Virus record (IMG/VR): IMGVR_UViG_3300024346_007254
Coordinates: 1-64,000 of that record
DNA length: 64,000 nt
Reading direction: 5' to 3' (one strand)
Origin: a virus
Part shown: positions 55,630 to 64,000 of the stretch, piece after piece
Layout of the letters: each line of letters opens with the position of its first letter
Numbering within the stretch: the stretch's first letter is position 1
Notes under the pieces: model-generated
The model's input: the letters and a program-made list of their open reading frames with translations, nothing else
Database searches by the model: none
What the model was told of the DNA's origin: nothing
Program-made: the position numbers and the translations under genes

Positions 55630-58600
55630 TAGGTAACTCTATTGTTGCTTCTCGCAAGAAATTGCCTATTGCATTTTTCGATCTAGCCAAAGATTTTCCT
55701 GATTCATTCCACACTTTACCAATTTTTCTTAGTACGCGAACCTGTGTTTCTGGTGCAGGTTGCAGGGACGAATCCAAAATAATCATATTTCCGTCTAGAA
55801 TATATTCTGGGGCTAAAGTTTCGTCGCCGGCTGGGCTATCTTGAGCAATTGATGGATTAAATCTTTCAACTGCAACCTTTCTAAGTCTGCGACCGCCAAC
55901 AAACACATCAATTTCGTTAATGCTAGATGGTGTAAAATTAAGTTCATAATCAATACTTCCATCAGACATAATTATCTGAGTCAATGTTGTGTCGTTATAA
56001 TTAATATTTTCCTCTGGGCCTTGGCCGTATGCTATTATGCCTTCGTTGTATGTATCTCTAACACCTGTTCCGAGAGTACCTCTTCTTAGCTGTCTTACTG
56101 TGTTGCCTTGTACTTCAAAGTACTCAATTCTTTCGCCTTCGATGAATAGTACTCCAGGTATATTTCTTGTTTTGTCAGGTTGGAAAATTCCGCTTGTGTC
56201 TTCCAAAACAATTCTCACATCATAGTAATTTAGCGGAGATGCTAGTTTATAACTGTTATCCTGGTTAAGTCTCTTGTAATGAGTTCTATTCAACATATCC
56301 TTGAAAATTCTATAACCAAACTTTTTAGTTACTGGTTGAGCGCCAAACTGTATTACGTCAATTACGTCGCCAATTTCAGGATCGTTAGTTAGTTGCACAG
56401 CGTCAAGAGATATAGCCAGGCTATAATCAACATTTGGAGTCAACAAGGTTCCATTTAGTGCCACCCATGCATAGTTTGCATTTGTAATGGTTCCTCTTAG
56501 CGGAATATATCCACTCGAAATTAAGTTTCTAGTAGTAGACTCGCTTGGAGAGATATCCAACGGAACCTCGTTAACAACTTTGTAAGTAAATCGTTCAAAA
56601 TTATTAACGTCGTGATTACTAAATTGATATATTTCAACTGTTGAATCTGCTGCCGGTGCTTCAGCAAATGTTAGTGTTTCGCCTGATGTATAGATTACAT
56701 CGTCAACAGTTAGAACGGTGCTGTCAGCATCGTCAACTGATGCAACAAACTGGTCTCCATTAATAAATGCGTCTCTGATATCTTCTCGTATACTTTGAAT
56801 TACAACTATGTTACTATTTACAGATACAATTGTTCCTGTGTAAATAGTGCTTGTAGCTAGTGATTCTAATGTTAATTCTCCACCAACCTCTGCGTAGTTT
56901 GAAATTGTGTCGCTGTCGAATTCAATTTGTGTGTCTACAAAGTAATATTCAGCGTTCTTAATTACATAGATGTCTAGTCGTGTGCCTGCAGGGGCTACAT
57001 CTGGAGTAAGTAATTCTACTCTTACGTTTAATGGATCAAAGCTATATAGCGTTGATGACAATTGTACATAATCGGCAAATACTAGGACGTCTACGCTTTC
57101 CAAATCCTCTCCAGTAAACTGCCATTCTTCGATGTCATAAACTCTTGATGCTGTAGTAGTGTAAGAAACACTGTATCCTGGATTTAGAATTGTGTTGTCA
57201 ACTTTAACAAGAATGTTATGCGAGATTGGTTCTTTACTAAACGGCACTGGAATTATTTCGCCATCAAATTGATAAGTTTTAGTTATACCATCTGGAATAA
57301 ATGTTCTATCAATAATAACTTCGCTATAAGTCTTAACATTAGTACCGTAAACACTGTACTGAACAAAATCGCCTTCGGCTAACAGACCTTGTGCAAAAAC
57401 AATTTTTAATCTATCTACAAATCCATCTGTTGCGTCGGATTGAAGTAAAGTATATCCTTCACGAGCAACTTCGCCATTGACTAGAACTAGTGCAGAAAGT
57501 TCATCAGTCCAAGTTGCCGAAGTTACAAAAGTAATCGTACTTCCGTCGGAAACAAATGTGTTAGTATCGATTAGATCTGCGCCATTAGTTCCAATAGTTG
57601 TTATAGCAAGACTTGCACCTGTATTTGTATTATTATCATTATACAACAGTAATTCATTTTCAAAGTCAATTGAATAAGAATCGTTACCTAATATAACGTT
57701 GTTAATTTTAACAATGATTCCTTCGTTGCTTTGTGGCATTCCTGGTAGTGGAAATTCTGTAGTCACTCCGTCAAGTCTGTAGTTTGCAGTTGCAATAACT
57801 CCAATACCTTCAGATGGTCTATGATATACACGAATATCTAATGTGTCAACAATCTCTCCAGGAACAAGTTCTTCGGGTCCTTTTGAAGTAGTTGGAGTAA
57901 CAAAACCGTCGCCGTCGATATTAATTTCTCCTGCATCAATGCCAGTTGCAGTTGAATATGCAAGATTGCCGCCTTCTAATTGAGTGTCGAAGTTTATAGC
58001 ACTACTTGCGCCATCGCTTGTGCTCTTTCTAATTACAATAAGGTCGCCAATTTCGGTTGTGATTTCTTCACTAATTGTAATTGTGGTTGTAACACCATCG
58101 CCAACAATTGTTTGCATAATTGCATTTGGGTTTTGAGTTGGAGTGCTTCCATCATATACAGGATCATCAAGTCTGATTCCATTTCTATAGAAGTTATACT
58201 CTGCGCCGTCTTCAAGTGGCTGACTTAGCTCAAATATAACAGTACTTCCATCTAGCACAAAAACTTCATCTTGTGCATCGTCAAATGTATCCCACGGAAG
58301 AGATGCCCATCCAGCAACGTCCCAGCCTTGCTCATTTCCAAAGTCAAAGCTATCAATTTGTACGCCGCTGTATTCAACACCGTCCATTAATTGAGACAAG
58401 TCTTTACCTAGCATACCAGTTGTTGGATTATAGAAGAAGTTAATTCTGTCTGCTGCTTGTAGCAACGAAACTTCCTTCTTATATTGAATTTCGATAACTG
58501 CATCTTCACCAGGTGCTTCTGCAAAATCAATAAATCCTGTAAATCTGTCATATCCTTTTGAAGTGTCAAGATCATTTCCGACATCAAAAGAACTTTCAAG

Positions 58601-61600
58601 CTGTTCAATACCGTTAACAATTATAGTGTAATTAGAAGTGTTAACGCTCATTGGCCATTGTAGTTCAAATTTTTCTCTAGCAGATGTACCTACAAACGTT
58701 TCTGTTTTATCTAATTCTGTAAACAAGTAAGATCCGCTTACTCTATCAAACTTGATAGTCATATGCATTCCACGAACTTTACCATTGCCTAGAATTGCAA
58801 CAGCTTTTGCAGGGCGACCAAATTGATCAACAGCGCCAACAATGTTAATAGTTGGAGCAGTATAATAAGTAGATCCAGTATTTTCTATTTCAATTGAACG
58901 AACTGTTCCTCTGCTTACGAATGCCGTTGCTACTGTTCCTTTATTTCCTTCGATCTCAATTGTTGGAGTTTCAAGGTAGCCCTGACCTGCATCTGCAATA
59001 TCAATTCTTACAATTTCGTATCCGTTATTGTTAGTCCATTGGTTAAACGGTTCTTCAAAGTATAGGCCGCCAACACCAAATAATGCATCGCCATTTTGAG
59101 TTGCAATATTTGTTAAAATACTTCTTGTTACAGCATCATAAGACGGCGGTAAATCAAAGTCCGTTGTTAGGGTTTCAGTCGGTTCTAATTTTTCATAAGA
59201 ACTAATGTATTCTCGAACTTTTGTTTTGTATGGCTTAACTTCGTTAACATAATCTTCGTAATTTTCTAAGTTGTCATTTTGGAAGGTAACTTTTTGTGTT
59301 AGTTCACCAAGATTGTGCTTGGCTCTTACAAAGCTAGTTTTAAACGCCCAATCAATATCTGCTTGCTCAGAAAATGCATATCTCATACTTGCAAAGAATA
59401 ACTTGTTCCATTCAACTGCTAAGTCTCCAATAAACAAATCGTCTCTTAAAGAAGTTAAGATATTTCTTAATTCAACTACCGGTTCTCTGTCATAAAAAGC
59501 ACTGTCGTAAATATTAGAATCAAATCCGCTAGTTGTAGAAGCATAATCGTACAATCTAGTCGAAAGCTGGATTGTTCCATCTTGTCTACCAATTGTTTCA
59601 AAGTTAACAGTAAAATCTTGTGTAAATTGATCGTCAACTTTACGTAGAAGTAACCAACCTCCTGATCCAACACTTTCAACTTTTATAATATCACCAATTT
59701 CAGCATCGATACTTGCTAACTCAAAAGTCTGTGCTAGTATTCGGTTGATTGCTGTTTGAGAACTATATCCTTCTGCGTACCAATCTGCATAATCCCAGTA
59801 ACGTGTTGTATCAAACGCTTGGTTGTCTGAGCGTGACCATTCCTGCGATGTTTTATCCCAAGTATAAATTGCCCAACGACCGCCTATTTCCTCATCACTG
59901 TTAACAAGAACACTAAATTTTCTAACTGTTAATTTAGTATTACTAGTGTAATTTTTTCCACCGTTTTTAATGTTAACACTTGTAACTTGTCCAAGATTAT
60001 TAATTGTGGTTTGGATTACAGCTGACGCGCCTTTATTGTCACTGATCTTTACAGTAGGTGCAACAGAATATCCTCTACCAGAGTTAATAATGTTAACTCC
60101 GACAATTCGAGTATTTTCAATAACCGGTTCTAATATTGCTTGCTCTACTTTAGCAACGCCAACAAATCTTAACTGAGCAACACTATCAATTACGCTATCG
60201 TACTTTCCTTCAACAGTTAAAGGTGGTTCGTCTTTTAGTAATAGAGATGTAAAATCTTTTCCATCAACTACTTGAGTGTTTACTAGAACGTCATTAACTC
60301 TTTCCACAACCTGCTTAACTGCTTCAAGTCTGTTAATAAACATACTCTGGCGAGGGAAGTTTAGAATTCCGTACTTTTGCTTTACAGGAAGTTCTGGATC
60401 CGGAACGTTGTTGTTATTTTGATCATATCCAACTAAGCTGTCAACCCACTTAGATTGAACCTCGACATTAATAATACTAGTGTCAAGTCCTTCAGTAACT
60501 AGCTGATATTCTCTGTGTAGGTTTGTTTGTAAAGTAGGATCCTTAGCAAAGCTAAAGTGCAAAATAGTATTTGTACCTTCTACAAAGCTTCTTGAATTAT
60601 AAATTGCAAACTTATTTGTGTCAAGCGGTGCAACAAATCGGTATCCCGAATTTGCAGGATCTCTAATAATTTCTGCAACGTCAAATGCGCTCAATCTTCT
60701 AGTACGAAGTTGTGGAACAATTCTTTTATTCTTAACCCAATAGAAGTATTTTGTACTAAATGTTCTTGAGATATTGTCGTAAACTCTCTTTGAACTGTAA
60801 ACACTATTGCCGTACAATGTAGTACCGCTAATGTTTTTAGCAAAGCCTTCGTTTGTATCAGCAAGACGGTTCCAATCTGATGGAAGTAAATCAGTGCTTA
60901 TCCATTCGTATACATCAACTGACGAACCAGGCGTGATTCTATTCCAATTGTTTGCTCTATACTGAGACTCGCCTTGGTAAGGATTGTACCAGCTTACAGT
61001 GCTTAGATCCCACCATAGCTGCCCCACTTGCTTGTCTGTCCAGTTTGATTCACTATCAACTACTACACCCTGCACTCCTGCTGTATTAATCGAGTACACT
61101 GCTGGATCATAGAAAGTTTTATAATCAAGTTCTTGCTCAGCAGGACCTGCAATTTTACCTTGTCTTGGATCTACAATATCAAGTTCAGCAATAATATCAT
61201 TTAAATCTTTTGAGTACAAGAAGCAACGTGAAATCTTTGAGATATCAATTTTGCCGTCTTCTTGTGTAATAAGTGTCCAGCTATTAGCATTTCTTTCTGC
61301 TCGCATATCAACAAACATTCCAACCGTTGAATCGTTGTCGACATAATTTCCAACAAGGTCATCATTTGTTAATGCCGGATTTAATTTAGGCAATCCGATG
61401 TAGATATGGTTATCAATTAATTTAAAGTTTGAAAGACTATTAAACTTTGTGTCTCTATTATAATTGATATCTTCAGCAAAGATGAATGCATTTCCAATTT
61501 GTTGGAAGAGAGCAATTCTTCCAGTATCGGCACGCTTAGTCATAAATCGTGTTGTTCCGCCATCGTATGTTGTGCTAACTTCGCTACGAGTAGTATTTTG

Positions 61601-64000
61601 ATCAAACACATAAGACGAAACAAAATTAGTATCCAATGTAAAGTAATTGTCAAACGTTGTAAAGATTCTAGTATCAGTATTCTTTCCTGAGATAGCAACT
61701 TTGTTTCCGTAAAACGATACTCCAGTACCAAATGCTTCATTCTTTTCATCAAACGGACTTCTTAGAGTTTGACCGATTTCGTATTGTGTGTTATCATTTT
61801 GGTCGTAGATATAAACAACACCCGAATCGATACCTTCGTCATCGTTGCGTGGTGCTGCAACAGCAAGCTTATTACCTTGTTCGTTAAGTGCAATAACATA
61901 TCCAAAAGTTTCTAGGCTGTCGTCGGTATCAATTTTCTGTGAGAAACCAAACCTATCAGAAACAAATCTGTAGATAATAATCTTTTCAATATCGTCTTCA
62001 ATTGCGGCAACTGCTAATACATCACCAAGGCGGTTTACAGTAAATTTGTCTCCGATGTTTGTAGCGTCTGCATAAACTCCGTTTTCGCTATCTGAAAGAA
62101 CAGGTGAATTTGGTCTTGGAATAAATCCAGTATGTTCTGGATAATCTGTAGTTACCAGAGTTTCCCAATCAATGCTGTCAATTGCGCCGGGTGCATTAAC
62201 AATTGCTTTCTTAAATTCGCCAGCAGTATAAACAATTTCGCCAGCATAATAATCAAACGACACATTATAAATGCCTCTGTAAGAACTATCGGCTGTCCAA
62301 GAAAATTCACCACTTAAATTATCAAAGAAATAAATTCTTCCTTTTGATATATTTTCCTCACCAGGTGCGCCAACAAATAAACGTGTTCTTCCAAGTGCAT
62401 CTCTTCTTAGTTCAACCTTGTAACCAAATCTTTCATTGTCAGTTGGATCTGGACTTGTAATAATATGCTTCAGAGTGTAAGTGCTGTTAACTGCTTTTTC
62501 ATAAAGGAATACAACTCCCTGACGTGTAAGCCCACTTTCAATTCCTCCAGAATCCGAACTAGCTTCAAGAATATTAACTTGTTCCCAGTTTGTATCAGTA
62601 GGAGAAATAACTGCCGGTGCTGGATTAACACTAACTAGCGCTCTCCAGAATGTGTTTCTATCTTTAACAATGTATCCTGCTTCGTATCTTTCTCCCGGTA
62701 CTAAATCACCGTCGTAGAAAGTTTTAGCGTTACTTGCATGTGGAGCACCAACAGCAATAAATTCACCATTACTACTGATTGACACATCAAATCCAAATAA
62801 GCTGTTGCTGTCAACTGAATCTGTTGCTGTAATTGCCTGAAGGAGAGTTAAAACTGAATTTTCAGCAAATCTTCTGTAAATTCTAACTACTGGATCTAAA
62901 TCTCTTTCAGGTGCGCCCATTATAATAATACTGTTATTATCAATTGCATCAAAGCTTGTTGCAAATCCATCACCGTCACCAGTTGGGTTTGGAATTTCTT
63001 CTAATAAGCTATAGATGTTTTCATTCTCGTAAACGCCCCAGCGCGATTCACCTGTATCATCAAGCCAAATTCTATCATTTAGATCAACTTTGATATCAGT
63101 AATGTTGCTGTTAAGATCGTCAGCATCGTCAAATCTTCTTCTAACAAATCGAGTAACTGCTAGAGTACTGCTATCTGTAAATTCTTGTACGTTAACTGGC
63201 GAATCTGTTAGTATTACAATCTTGTCAAGTGATGCATAAGTTACTTTAAAGAAACCATTAATGTCCGGTATGCCGCTCTTAATTCCAATAACTTCATCTT
63301 TTTCAAAGTCACTAAACTTGTCAAGTGTAATCACAAAGCCTACTCGATTTCCAGGATCATAAGGAAGGAATTCGTCATCCGGTATTGCAGGTTCGATATT
63401 GACAATTTCGTATTCAGTGTTAACATAACGCGACACTGTCCAAGATTGTTGTTGATCCTTAATCCAAACAAATTCACCAATTAGAATATCGTCAATTGAC
63501 AATTGAAGTAATTGCTCGTCGCTAATAGCAAGGAAAGAAACATCCTTATCACGTACATAGCCACTATCTTTTACATACATTTCTGAGTTAACGTTTTCAG
63601 TAAACAAGTTCTGATGATCGTAATCATCAGGCTTAATGTAAGTTTGGTACGGAGCAAATTCATAAACTAGATCAGTTCTAGTTGACGAAAGGTTATCAAC
63701 TAGTTCAATTAATTGCGGCTCAAGTCTGTACTTGCCTTCATTGAGATTAAATTCTACTTCTTGTAGATTATTAACTGAACCATATTGTCCTAAACGAATT
63801 GCCCATTCTTCAAAAAATTCCAAGCTATCCTTGTTTGCCGAACTTAGGGCATCAAACAATTTAGTTAACGAATTTAAAGTACCTTTGTCTTGTATAAATC
63901 CTTGGTAGAACTTATACTGACTAACACTATCTGGAATGATATTAGCAAGATATTCTCTCTTCTGATATCCAATAAGGTGTTGTCCGAGACGCTGTTGTTC
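55625..64000 (-). CDS. Very large baseplate-wedge-like structural protein, 5'-truncated by the window edge
   Basis: Frame stays open from 63859 to 64000 (EQQRLGQHLIGYQKREY..YQGFIQDKGT). FG-GAP-like propeller repeats (FG..V.IS..G..IAVGAP), GRGY..APTV repeats, YVNEVKPYKTK, many NG-containing beta-sandwich repeats. Confidence 0.8.
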   Translation of the reverse strand, partial: EQQRLGQHLIGYQKREYLANIIPDSVSQYKFYQGFIQDKGTLNSLTKLFDALSSANKDSLEFFEEWAIRLGQYGSVNNLQEVEFNLNEGKYRLEPQLIELVDNLSSTRTDLVYEFAPYQTYIKPDDYDHQNLFTENVNSEMYVKDSGYVRDKDVSFLAISDEQLLQLSIDDILIGEFVWIKDQQQSWTVSRYVNTEYEIVNIEPAIPDDEFLPYDPGNRVGFVITLDKFSDFEKDEVIGIKSGIPDINGFFKVTYASLDKIVILTDSPVNVQEFTDSSTLAVTRFVRRRFDDADDLNSNITDIKVDLNDRIWLDDTGESRWGVYENENIYSLLEEIPNPTGDGDGFATSFDAIDNNSIIIMGAPERDLDPVVRIYRRFAENSVLTLLQAITATDSVDSNSLFGFDVSISSNGEFIAVGAPHASNAKTFYDGDLVPGERYEAGYIVKDRNTFWRALVSVNPAPAVISPTDTNWEQVNILEASSDSGGIESGLTRQGVVFLYEKAVNSTYTLKHIITSPDPTDNERFGYKVELRRDALGRTRLFVGAPGEENISKGRIYFFDNLSGEFSWTADSSYRGIYNVSFDYYAGEIVYTAGEFKKAIVNAPGAIDSIDWETLVTTDYPEHTGFIPRPNSPVLSDSENGVYADATNIGDKFTVNRLGDVLAVAAIEDDIEKIIIYRFVSDRFGFSQKIDTDDSLETFGYVIALNEQGNKLAVAAPRNDDEGIDSGVVYIYDQNDNTQYEIGQTLRSPFDEKNEAFGTGVSFYGNKVAISGKNTDTRIFTTFDNYFTLDTNFVSSYVFDQNTTRSEVSTTYDGGTTRFMTKRADTGRIALFQQIGNAFIFAEDINYNRDTKFNSLSNFKLIDNHIYIGLPKLNPALTNDDLVGNYVDNDSTVGMFVDMRAERNANSWTLITQEDGKIDISKISRCFLYSKDLNDIIAELDIVDPRQGKIAGPAEQELDYKTFYDPAVYSINTAGVQGVVVDSESNWTDKQVGQLWWDLSTVSWYNPYQGESQYRANNWNRITPGSSVDVYEWISTDLLPSDWNRLADTNEGFAKNISGTTLYGNSVYSSKRVYDNISRTFSTKYFYWVKNKRIVPQLRTRRLSAFDVAEIIRDPANSGYRFVAPLDTNKFAIYNSRSFVEGTNTILHFSFAKDPTLQTNLHREYQLVTEGLDTSIINVEVQSKWVDSLVGYDQNNNNVPDPELPVKQKYGILNFPRQSMFINRLEAVKQVVERVNDVLVNTQVVDGKDFTSLLLKDEPPLTVEGKYDSVIDSVAQLRFVGVAKVEQAILEPVIENTRIVGVNIINSGRGYSVAPTVKISDNKGASAVIQTTINNLGQVTSVNIKNGGKNYTSNTKLTVRKFSVLVNSDEEIGGRWAIYTWDKTSQEWSRSDNQAFDTTRYWDYADWYAEGYSSQTAINRILAQTFELASIDAEIGDIIKVESVGSGGWLLLRKVDDQFTQDFTVNFETIGRQDGTIQLSTRLYDYASTTSGFDSNIYDSAFYDREPVVELRNILTSLRDDLFIGDLAVEWNKLFFASMRYAFSEQADIDWAFKTSFVRAKHNLGELTQKVTFQNDNLENYEDYVNEVKPYKTKVREYISSYEKLEPTETLTTDFDLPPSYDAVTRSILTNIATQNGDALFGVGGLYFEEPFNQWTNNNGYEIVRIDIADAGQGYLETPTIEIEGNKGTVATAFVSRGTVRSIEIENTGSTYYTAPTINIVGAVDQFGRPAKAVAILGNGKVRGMHMTIKFDRVSGSYLFTELDKTETFVGTSAREKFELQWPMSVNTSNYTIIVNGIEQLESSFDVGNDLDTSKGYDRFTGFIDFAEAPGEDAVIEIQYKKEVSLLQAADRINFFYNPTTGMLGKDLSQLMDGVEYSGVQIDSFDFGNEQGWDVAGWASLPWDTFDDAQDEVFVLDGSTVIFELSQPLEDGAEYNFYRNGIRLDDPVYDGSTPTQNPNAIMQTIVGDGVTTTITISEEITTEIGDLIVIRKSTSDGASSAINFDTQLEGGNLAYSTATGIDAGEINIDGDGFVTPTTSKGPEELVPGEIVDTLDIRVYHRPSEGIGVIATANYRLDGVTTEFPLPGMPQSNEGIIVKINNVILGNDSYSIDFENELLLYNDNNTNTGASLAITTIGTNGADLIDTNTFVSDGSTITFVTSATWTDELSALVLVNGEVAREGYTLLQSDATDGFVDRLKIVFAQGLLAEGDFVQYSVYGTNVKTYSEVIIDRTFIPDGITKTYQFDGEIIPVPFSKEPISHNILVKVDNTILNPGYSVSYTTTASRVYDIEEWQFTGEDLESVDVLVFADYVQLSSTLYSFDPLNVRVELLTPDVAPAGTRLDIYVIKNAEYYFVDTQIEFDSDTISNYAEVGGELTLESLATSTIYTGTIVSVNSNIVVIQSIREDIRDAFINGDQFVASVDDADSTVLTVDDVIYTSGETLTFAEAPAADSTVEIYQFSNHDVNNFERFTYKVVNEVPLDISPSESTTRNLISSGYIPLRGTITNANYAWVALNGTLLTPNVDYSLAISLDAVQLTNDPEIGDVIDVIQFGAQPVTKKFGYRIFKDMLNRTHYKRLNQDNSYKLASPLNYYDVRIVLEDTSGIFQPDKTRNIPGVLFIEGERIEYFEVQGNTVRQLRRGTLGTGVRDTYNEGIIAYGQGPEENINYNDTTLTQIIMSDGSIDYELNFTPSSINEIDVFVGGRRLRKVAVERFNPSIAQDSPAGDETLAPEYILDGNMIILDSSLQPAPETQVRVLRKIGKVWNESGKSLARSKNAIGNFLREATIELPK

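Noticed and set aside
102-62317. Numerous 60-170 aa ORFs in the six-frame track
   Set aside because: They are antisense or out-of-frame shadows lying within well-supported genes and have no motifs
1-64000. tRNA, rRNA, CRISPR array, integrase or transposase, intron or intein
   Set aside because: Intergenic gaps are mostly under ~60 nt, and no such repeats, structures or motifs were seen
1-64000. Stop-codon reassignment as seen in some large phages
   Set aside because: Standard-code ORFs tile the window almost completely, and TAA, TAG and TGA all end genes at sensible positions

Overview
AT-rich (roughly 35% GC by eye), gene-dense segment of what is most likely a large T4-like/jumbo myophage genome, read in the standard code. 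The right ~16 kb (47.7-64 kb, minus strand) is a virion tail module: a >2,790-aa baseplate-wedge-like protein cut by the window edge, a small structural gene, three tail-fibre-like proteins sharing an N-terminal domain (one with a tail collar, one with a C-terminal autoproteolytic chaperone) and two paralogous Ser/Thr-rich structural proteins. The left ~47.6 kb, directly downstream, is a very large enzyme cluster. It holds 18 radical SAM proteins in four architectures plus one probable Cys-less derivative, 3 QueC-like PP-loop ATPases, 5 SGNH-like (G-C-S) hydrolases, 5 2OG-Fe(II) oxygenases, 4 GT-A glycosyltransferases, 2 GT10-like proteins, 2 methyltransferases, an NDP-sugar epimerase/dehydratase, a minimal DegT aminotransferase, an amidinotransferase, 2 kinase-like proteins, a GNAT-like protein, 2 small SDRs and an LnmK/Pnap_2097-like hotdog protein. 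Three near-consensus sigma70 promoters and about 15 T4-late-like (NNTAAATA) motifs are visible. Many of these sit 4-5 nt upstream of an ATG (predicted leaderless mRNAs), often in back-to-back divergent pairs. Best hypothesis (inference): a phage-encoded pathway that builds a heavily tailored glycan or aminosugar-like moiety, probably for virion or tail-fibre decoration. All family calls come from motif reading, not database searches.
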